Shown: one piece after another, positions 54,646 to 64,000 of the stretch
Numbering within the stretch: the stretch's first letter is position 1
How the letters are laid out: each line of letters starts with the position of its first letter
Source: Gnetum montanum
Lineage: Eukaryota > Plantae > Gnetophyta
Direction: 5' to 3'
Length of the DNA stretch: 64,000 nt
NCBI GenBank assembly: GCA_015680685.1
Contig: MNCI01000461.1
Span: forward strand, 152,607-216,606
Position numbers and translations under genes: made by a program
The notes under the pieces: model-generated
What the model was told of the DNA's origin: nothing
The model's input: the letters and a program-made list of their open reading frames with translations, nothing else
Databases searched by the model: none

Positions 54646-56129
54646 ATGATGACAAGAACTCCTATGATGGACTAATGCATGAATAGAAATAACAACTCTT
54701 AGCAAGGATGATGGACTTGGAATCATAACTTTAGAGATTTTATATGTTTGCATCTATCTCCATCAACTTCTTCTCATAGTAAGTAGGCATGTTAGGAGGA
54801 TTCTTCTCTCAACCATCACCTCCTAGAACTTCTTAATGACATGGCTTATAATTTATTGTAATATAGTCATGATCTATAAATTTATCTAGATGTATCCCTC
54901 TACATTGATCCTATCATGTGTCTAGTTCTAGTCTTATATTTTGGACAATAAAGCTTTGGGACTACCTTTTCTAAGTCATGAGGATATGGTAAGTTAACTA
55001 GTGGTATTTTGTAAGTTAATTGTAAGGCTTGGATTTGGGATATATGTCATGTACTATATGTTTATGATTTTCATGCACATGATTAAGGTTTCTACCTCCC
55101 AGGTTTGCATCCTAGCCTTCTAGTTCATACTTGTAGATTTGGTACATACTTTAGACTTCTCACAATGTTTCTAGCTTCATTTAAAAATCCTTGGAAGCTC
55201 CTAACATATTCCATAACAAGCTAGCTTTCATATGGAAAATTTTGATGAAGTGTGAGGAGGAAAGGATGCATTGGCTTCCCTATGCTAGTGCACCCATTGT
55301 GTTAGTATATGGCATTGAATTACCTTCCTTTGTGCCCTGGTTAGATTACCTTTGCTTCTTGTCCTTCTTCGGTATATCCTAGATTGTCTTGGCTACACTA
55401 ATAGATCTCCATTAATGCTTGGACATTAGTGAACCCTTGTTTTTTTGTTGTGAAGTCTATAAACACATAGGATAAGATTCATATGAAATGAACTTGATTC
55501 CAAGCATTTTTCTTTAAATTTAGACATCTAGTTTCATGTGAATTAATCTTTCTCCATTGGATAAGTAAATATTTTCCTATTTTAAGTGTGTTTTAAGTCA
55601 TCTCTTTCACAAGTATGGCTAGACTCTATCAAAGTGCTACCTTGCTTATGTAGCTTAGAATTGTTTGGTCGATGTGGAGTGTAGTGTTTGTGGTATGGAT
55701 AAAGCTTATGATCTTCTCTCATTTTCACCATTAATGTCTTAAACATTAAAATACCAAAAATAATATAAAATGTTAAAACCATGAAAATATTTATTTATTT
55801 CTTCTTTTCATAAGCTACAACAATTTAACCTTACCCAAGGAGGTCACAACTCTATGACATGTTGTTAGGCCATCGAGGTTGTGACTAAGAGCCATTTTAT
55901 TTGTATTTGTATGTAGTATTGCACCTATCCCCAAGAGAGATTGAAACATGAGCATTGATCCTATACCTAGGTGGGATTGCAACATATGTGTGTTTATTAC
56001 TTATTTCTTATAAAAATAAAATTCATAAAACTTATAAAACATAAAATCATAAATATTTTCTTAATCTTTTACCATAGTAATATGGGTTATAACTGTATCG
56101 TATGTACTATAGTATCTTTTATATTTCTT

Positions 56130-58977
56130 AAAAATAATGATATACGTGAGTGTTCTTGGCAATCCACTCAACACCATACTTTAAGCTTATGACTAGATCA
56201 CACCGCCATTTGTATGATAAATCTCATTGGTTTAAAACCAATGGGACTCCTATTGTATGCTATGGAAAAATCATCATATATGATAGTAGAAAATCAAATG
56301 TGTATACCACAATTCTATTAAATGCTACTAAAAATGGTACCAATTGTTTGATTAGCAATGCAAGTGATGTTCAAATATGACATAGAAGGTTGAATCAAGT
56401 AAACATGGATATATTGAAAACCCTTGTCTCTAAAGACATGGTACATGGACTACCAAAAATAAAAGACTCCATCTTAAACTCATGTAATGCATGCTAAAAA
56501 GGTAACCAAACAAGGATAATATTTGGTAAGAAAAATTATATTTCTACCTCTTGTCCCTTGTATTTTCTTCATTTGGACTTTGTAGGTCCATCACAAACTT
56601 TCAATATAAGAAAGAAAAGATGCTATCTTACCATTATCAATGATTTTTCCTAATTTATGTGGGTTTTCTTTTCTTCTCATAAAGATAAATCTTATGATCA
56701 TTTTATGAATATTTGTAACATGATGTAGAATAAAAAAGGCTATGTCATTAAAGTGATCAAGAGTGATCATGAAGGAGAGTTTGAAAACATAAGATTTAAT
56801 GAATACTATGATATTCATGGAATTCATCATCAATTTTATGCTCCCAAGAATCATTAATAAAATGGAATAGCCAAATAAAATAACTGATGGATGAATGAGA
56901 TAGGAAGAACAATTCTAAATGACTGAAATATCCCTTATCATTTTTGGGTTGCAACCATCAACACAGCTTACTATGTTTCCAACAATGTTTTGGTCAGATG
57001 TGTCACCTCCAAAACTCCATATGAACTTTGAATTGGTAAGAAACCTTCAGTAAGTTACTTTCATGTTTGTAGAAAAAAATTATTTATTCTAAATAAAAAA
57101 TATGCATTACAAAAGTTTGATCCAAAGGTTGATAAAGGTATATTCTTAGGTTACTCTATAATGAGCAAGGCCTATAGAGTTTACAAAAAGAGAACTCATA
57201 CTATAGAAGAAAATTATAAATGTTAAGGTTGATGATAATAATAGATTATATATTAATGTGAGGAAATCCCTATAAGAAGTAACAAACAAACAACATAAGC
57301 TCCATCCAATGAAGAAGCCAAAAAAAGAAGATGAAATTGAAGATGATAATCAAGACCAAAGATATTAAGGCTAAGGAAATCACATACAATAAGTGATGTC
57401 ATTGGTTAAGTAGATTATGAAATAATAAAAAGAAAAGCAAAGCAAAATATGTGTATATGCAACTTGCATTTCACAAGAAGTGCTAAAGAACATCAACGAA
57501 GTAGAATAAGAAGAAGGCTAGATTCTATTCATGCAAGATGAGCTAAATCAATTTTTTAGGAATAATATATTAAAAATTATTCCAAAGTCTAATAATAGAT
57601 CGATTATTGGAAGAAAATGGGCATTCCAAAACAAAACTAATAAAAGAGGCAACATCATCAAGAACAAGGCTCATTTAATGGCAAGATAATACAACTAACA
57701 AGAAGGAATTAATTTTGATGAAACCTTTGGATCAATAGCCAAGCTGGTATCAATTAAACTTCTATTGACTTATGCCTATATTAAAGAAATCAAACTACAT
57801 TAGATGGTTTTCAAAGTGCCTTGTTAAATGAAACTATTCAAGAGGAAGTTTATGTTAACCTATAGGATCTTTTGATCCTTCTAACCTAAGATTGGTTTAT
57901 CAATTGAAGAAAGTCCTATATGGGTTCAAAAAGCTCCAAGAGCATGGTATGAGATACTCTCTCAACACCTTTTAGAGAATCTTTTCAAAAGGGAAATTGC
58001 TAATGTGACATTATTTATTAAACAGTTTAATACTTATGTACTTATTATACAAATTTATGTTGATGATATTATCTTTAGTGCTACTAAACAAATCTTGTTT
58101 AAGAACTTATCAATTCTTATGCAAGAAGAAATCAAAATGAGTATGATGGAAGAATTAAACAATTTCCTTGGTTTTCATGTCACAAAAAACCAATGGTACA
58201 TTTTTTATGAGAAAAATTATGTTAAAGGATTATTAAAAAGATTAAACTTTGCTAAAGTCAAGCCCAAGACAATACTAAAGAGTAAAAATTTAAAGCTCAA
58301 TAAGGATAATCAAGATAAATGAATTGATCCCAAAATTTATAGGGGTATGATAAGTAGCTTACTTTACTTGATTGCAAGTAGGCCTAATATTACTTTAAGT
58401 GTTGGTATATGTGATAAATATCAAGTTAATCCTAAAGAATCATATTTAAAAGCTATAAGAATAATATCTAATTATCTAATAGGTACTACTGATTAGGAAC
58501 ATTGTTATCCAAAGGACTCCACACTTGATCTTGTTAGGTATTTTGATGCAAATTGGGCAGGATGCAAATTGATCTTGTTAGGTATATTAAAAGTACTAGT
58601 GGTAGATGTTTATTCCTTGAGAGTTGTCTTGCTTGTAGGGAAACCAAGAAAAAAAATTCTATAGCTCTCTCCATTAAAAAGAAGAATGCTTTTTACCAAT
58701 AAACTATTGTGCACCAATACTATAGATGAAGGAGATACTCAAGGTTCTAGAAATTAAAAATTGTAACACTTTCATATATTATGATAACAACAATACTATA
58801 AATATGACCAAGAATCCAATTCAACATTTGAGAACAAAAAACAATGAAATAAGACATCATTTCATTAGAGAACATGCTAAAATTGGACATATCAAATTGG
58901 TGGACATCAAGATAAAAGTACAACTTGCAAATGCTTTTATCAAGCCCCTTGATGAACAAAGACTCACAATGTTATGA
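56130..58977 (+). pseudogene. copia pol pseudogene (protease remnant, INT, RT, RNase H)
   Basis: *HRRL...GLPKIK..C.AC, LHLDFVGP, IKVIKSDHEGEFEN, LIIQIYVDDIIFSAT, DN...INMTKNPIQH.RTK..EIRHHFIRE. Confidence 0.93.
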
Positions 58978-59474
58978 AAAGTTATGGGAATAGAAATCTT
59001 ATCCTATCAGGTAAGATAGGTATGCTTCTCACTTCATCTTACATAGATTAGGATAATATAGTATTTTCTTCTCTTCGCTTTCTCCCACTTTGGAAGCAAT
59101 GGATATGAATCATTCTTGCCCCCCACAAATGCTTCATACTAATCCTTGAGATCCTTAATCTTTTTCACAAACTTTTTCTATTACTATTTTAAGTCCCAAC
59201 TTAGACAAGATGTCTCACCCAAAGCCTCAAGATGTCTTAGCTATAGCCTAGATGTCTCATCTACCAAGCCTTGAATTTAAGAAAAACATCTCAATATCTT
59301 CCAAGATTTCTCAGCTACACATAAACTATTTTTTTGTAAATTTCTTTCTCTCATTCCATGCAATATACACATCATCCTAATCCTACAAACACATCTTTCA
59401 CAATAGATGTTTCATCCTAGATGATTAGAGCTTCTCCTAGCAGTAGCATAATGCTTCCATCTAGCTTGGATTTC

Positions 59475-61746
59475 ATGGCACACTAGAAGGAAAGTACTTC
59501 TCAGTAACCTAAGCACAAGTCCAAGGGTAAAAAATGGATAGTGATTGATGAATCATGGTTTGTTACGTACTGATATTAGACCCTTGATATCAAACCCTTG
59601 ATATCAGACCTTGTGTACTACTGCTAGGATTACTAAGTGCATGTACACTACTGGGATACCAAGTAGTCACACTTAAATGCTCATGATTAAGTTGTACTCA
59701 TTCCACATTAACAGCATGAAATGTAAATGTTAAGAAAGTAAATATTAACTAAAGAAAATAGTAAATAAAAATTAAAGCAATTAAGAGTTAAGTGGATGCT
59801 GCAATGATGAAGTAATCTCAATCTTAATTGCCAGTCATGTGTGCGTCCAACTATGTCACACTCAAATAAAGGTGTTGTATAATTACAATCATCACACTTC
59901 GGGCATGCACTGGGGGAAGGAGTTGAGAAGGAAAAAATGAACAAAAAGAATCTACTTCTATGACCTACTTAACCTCCCTCCCCCCCCTTCTTGTGCACCC
60001 AAATGTGTATTTATAGGCTTACATAGGAGTCATGATATCGTGTATTTGATATTGTTATCCAAGCCATGATATCGTGTACCCGATATTGAGGGTTCGATAT
60101 CAAGGGCCCAATATTAGGGGTCTGATATCAAGGGTCCGATATCAGCACTTGAAAAATCATGATTCATTCGTGATAAGTAGAGCCAATTATTATGAGCCCC
60201 ATATTCGATCCACTAATGTCATGCATAGTTTTAAAAACTACAAATCTATTTTCATTATCTCTATTGCAATCTATACTTTCATTAGCATCACCAACATAAA
60301 TTACTTTCTTATTTTAAAATCCTTGGTTGGTCTATGATCATTTCTTTCTTTGTTAGAATTCTAAAAATTCTTAATATAAAATTTTTTAGCAATATGGTTA
60401 TTATAGATAGTAATGTTGGGGCTTTTACTACTATGGTAGGAGAGATTATCATTCAAGTTTCTCCCATGATCATTAGTGACATGATAGTAATTTCTAGTGT
60501 AGATGTATATTAGGTTGTGATTAACTTCACTGATGAAATTTGTAGCAATGATGTAATTTTAGTTACATATGAGGAATTTTGTGATGCCCTTTCTAGGAAA
60601 TCATTGTCATTGCAATAAGACTGGGTGCATAGAAACCACATACCTTAGGATGCCTCTAAACTCTCTCTCCTTATAATATATAACATCATCATTAATGGGG
60701 GTATTTAAAATTATTTTCTTTAATCCTAGGCCTTTGTACTATATTGTATTTTAACTAGTCAAACATTAGATTTGGGATATACCATCTAAAGAGATATGCT
60801 AGGGATGAATACTTGTTCAAGCATCTTTGAACATTCCCTACTCATCAACCTCATCATTCATTAGGTTAGTGTTCACATTCTTGATCTTCTCATCCTCAAG
60901 AAGAAGAGGAGCCTTGTTAATTATTCAGAGAAGAGTAGTTATTAGCCTATGACAATAGCTCCTTCATCTTTCTAGGTAGCAGTTTGACTTTCCACATAAT
61001 GACTAGCACCTTCACAACTTCATGGATCAAAATATTCTAGTGCTCATGTTAGCTCATTAGTGAAGAAGATCTTTTACTCCATTGCTAAGGTCATTTGAAA
61101 GCTTGGAAAGAATCTCACTCACATCATTAAGAGGTTATATTTAGAAAATATTCCTTCATTTTATATAGGTGCTCCATAGTTTGAGGAGGTTAGAACTCCT
61201 CATTGGACAAATAGTGAGAATGATCCAAAGGCCATATAGCACACTACTATGGCTAGTTGATTTAGAGCCTATGAGTTTAGAAATGCATTGAAGTTAAAGG
61301 ATCTTGTAGGAGCTATAGCATATGCTTAGGGTGGATCTTATTTCTCATGAACAGTAACTACTTTTAAGGCTACTTGTGCAAGGGGAGTCCTCAAAGAGAC
61401 TATCCAAATGATTTTGTTCTGATACAATCTCATAATCATTTAAGTAGCAAGCCATCAAAAGTATTTTAGTATGGTAGCAAAGTAGGAACAAGCTATCTTC
61501 AAAACCTATTAGTGTAAGGATACTCCATCATCCCTCCAACATGTTCTATCTCATGCTAGTGCTCTTGCCTCCATCCATTTTTGAGTTAAGATTTATCCTC
61601 ACCATGCTCCAATAGCATCTCCTTCAAATGATGATGTGGAGTAGGTATCCTATGATAGTACCAATAGTGTTGATGAGGAGGATGAGACCTACAGACCTAT
61701 CCATACTACTTCTGATTCAAAGAGGCATATAGAGCTTAGTGATTGA
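59475..61746 (+). pseudogene. Extra (env-like position) ORF of the SIRE-like element, interrupted by an insertion
   Basis: ATG 59475 ...KHKSKGKKWIV rejoins ISRANYYEP in frame when 59546-60174 is removed; acidic tail DEEDETYRP. Confidence 0.6.
59546..60169 (-). mobile_element. 624-bp insertion, probable solo LTR with long terminal inverted repeats
   Basis: TSD GTGAT (59541-45, 60170-74); inverted GACCCTTGATATC arrays at both ends; minus-strand TATAAATA at about 60008-60015. Confidence 0.75.
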
Positions 61747-62231
61747 TCATCTCTTTTGGTTGATGTTCAAAAAATGGGAAGTAGAGACATGAATAAGTTG
61801 TTAACATGAGTAAGTTTTTTCTCTACTAAGTTATGTGTTTTGGCTTCATGTGATCTATATTTTATATTTGTGATGATGATATGTGGATATTGTATTTGAA
61901 TCAATATTGGTTATGGTATTTTCATGTTTATGTTATGGATGATAGTTGTATGATATGGTGGTAGTTTTTGACTCTCCTATGTTTAGCCACATGTTTGTAT
62001 GGATAGCTATGAAACCCATGCAAAGGTTTTTTGGTTATTATTCCTATCATTCCTATTCCATTTACCCTATCCTTTCACTTGATACATATATTAATTTGGC
62101 ATAGTTATACATTACCTCTAATTTAGTTATTTTTAGTAATATTTAACTAATATATGTGCTCAAAATAATTTATAGTGCTTTTCACTATAACCCATTCTCC
62201 AAGTTTTTCACATTACCAAAAAGGAGGATAT

Positions 62232-63292
62232 TGTTGACATTTTTTTGGTGTGACAAAACCTTGAAGAATGGAAGAATTATTTTTATGTTTTTAGGGTTCT
62301 TGCAGGGTAAATAATGTTAAACATGTTATAGTTAGAGAGACCAAGAAGAAGAAAAGATTCGATGTTTCATCTTACAAGATCATGGAAGATAATCTCAATA
62401 GAAGAGGATAAAACAACAAGAACAGGAGACACTTATCCCTTCAAGAAGATGTTTTATACCTAATTAAGACTTCTTGGATTAGCAAACATGTCTCTACTAA
62501 GATTTCAACTCTCTACAAGAGACATTTCACTCTTACAATAGATGTCCCACTTTTACATGAGACATCTCACACTTGGTTGAGATATTTGGAATAAGACATC
62601 TATAAACCTATGGAGATGTCTCTCCCCTATCAAAGACATCTATATCCATTGTAAGAAATCTCATCTACCAAGTCTCAAAACATAGTAAGACATTCTAGGT
62701 CTCAAATAAAATGTTTCTACTAGTCATTTCTAGTCATTATTAGGATTTCAATGGTTACTCTTAGAAAAATAAACCTATAAAGAAATGGCACATTCAAGAG
62801 AAAAAAAAAAGCTATGAAGAAATCACTATCTACATCATCTATTAAGAATAGCTATAATTTGCTATCATTGCTTTAATCATTGTTTTTGTTCTATGCATCA
62901 AGTAAGAAATCCAAAAATCTAGTTTCATTTTCTCATTATCTCTCATTTTATCTTGGCTTATCCTACCTTGTGGGGCTATGTGTATTGCAAATACACAAAC
63001 TATGTAATGACCTAAGGTCAAATGCTAAGGGGTTGGATGTATTTCTTGATAGAATCATCCTAAGATAAATTGAAATCTTATGAGACCTAAGGGTCTATTG
63101 TAACTAAAGCCATGTACAAGTTATGGTACCCTCGAAACCACATTTTGGGTAATAAAGTTTAGAGGTATGCAAGGACTCTATCCTTTGAGTGTGGAAGTAC
63201 CCAAGTTGGAAAACCATGTAATTCACATGGTGTAATAATTGCTAAATTATAGGTTTGAACTTATTCATCCACCTCTAAGTTCTCAATATTCA
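62232..63292 (+). repeat. 3' LTR of the SIRE-like copia
   Basis: TGTTGAC...CA after the PPT; AGAYRTCT repeats 62445-62700; TATA at about 62776. Confidence 0.82.
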
Positions 63293-64000
63293 AATAAAGA
63301 CACTTAAAAATAATTTTGAAATAGAAAATTTATATCAATTTTAGTAACCCTTGAAAACCAAGAAAATTTTTTGAACTTATGGAACTTTAAGAACTCAGAA
63401 TTGAAAACATGATAAATTAGTTGAGAACTTGAGAACTAAGTGAGAAATGAAAAGAGTTTGTGTTCATATAAAAAATTTACAAAAATGAAAATGAATTGTA
63501 ATTGATTAAGAACTATTGAAATCAACACATTTTAAACATGAGAAAAACTAGAAAAAAATGCTCTTGAGAGACTTCAACAAAGAAAAATGATAAAGCATAC
63601 ATAAAAAATTTTAGAAGAGTAATGCCTCTCTCTTAAAAAATTTTAGCAATGAATGTACATAATTTATAGTAGTTTGAGGAGGTTTCCATGCATGCCCAAG
63701 TATCTCTCTAACCACTAGTCCACTCTCTTTGCATGTTTTGCATATTTGCCACTTTTCAAGCCACTAATCGACTTCTAGCATGTATGCCACATCTTTAGCT
63801 TTACTATGGCACATCACTAACCATGACTTCACTACTTGTTATACATGAAAATTTGTGTGCACATTATTTTTACAAATCTTATCCTTTGAAAAGTATAAAA
63901 TCCTAACCACATAGACCTCATGGACACACTAGATACATAAGCTATGATATTAAACATATAAAAAAGAGCATGGAACACAAAGCATCCTAGATAATTTTTA

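Larger units (their letters stand above)
56130..63292 (+). mobile_element. 5'-truncated Ty1/copia element, SIRE-like
   Basis: INT-RT-RH order, extra 3' ORF, PPT ACCAAAAAGGAGGATAT, LTR ending TATTCATCCACCTCTA...CA; no gag or 5' LTR seen. Confidence 0.85.

Noticed and set aside
63293-64000. Further element at the window end
   Set aside because: AT-rich and repeat-like, but no terminus, PBS or domain can be supported

Overview
This 64-kb window is plant heterochromatin-type DNA made almost entirely of decayed, nested LTR retrotransposons. I see no intact host gene, RNA gene or CRISPR array, and most ORFs in the supplied track are fragments or shadows of transposon pseudogenes. From 1 to 54.6 kb it holds Ty3/gypsy Tat-clade relatives (tRNA-Asn-type PBS TGGCGCTAGAAGGAGGG, TGAAACACCA... 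LTRs, RT-RH-aRH-INT order). Element D (19617-54645, TSD ATGAC/ATGAT) carries element A2 in its 5' LTR (20146-29134, TSD CCTAC/CTTAC) and element B2 in its leader (30178-42948, TSD CCTTT). Bases 1-14071 are a diverged direct duplicate of about 22043-36158, fused to the 3' half of another element (E, LTR 17762-19297). From about 56.1 to 63.3 kb lies a 5'-truncated SIRE-like Ty1/copia whose extra ORF is split by a 624-bp insertion with a 5-bp TSD. The most interesting inference is a shared architecture for the Tat family: gag-pro, then a phase-1 intron hosting antisense, intron-containing accessory genes, then pol, then a second intron enclosing arrays of a TAAACTRGCA motif. All coordinates were read by eye and may be off by a few bases.
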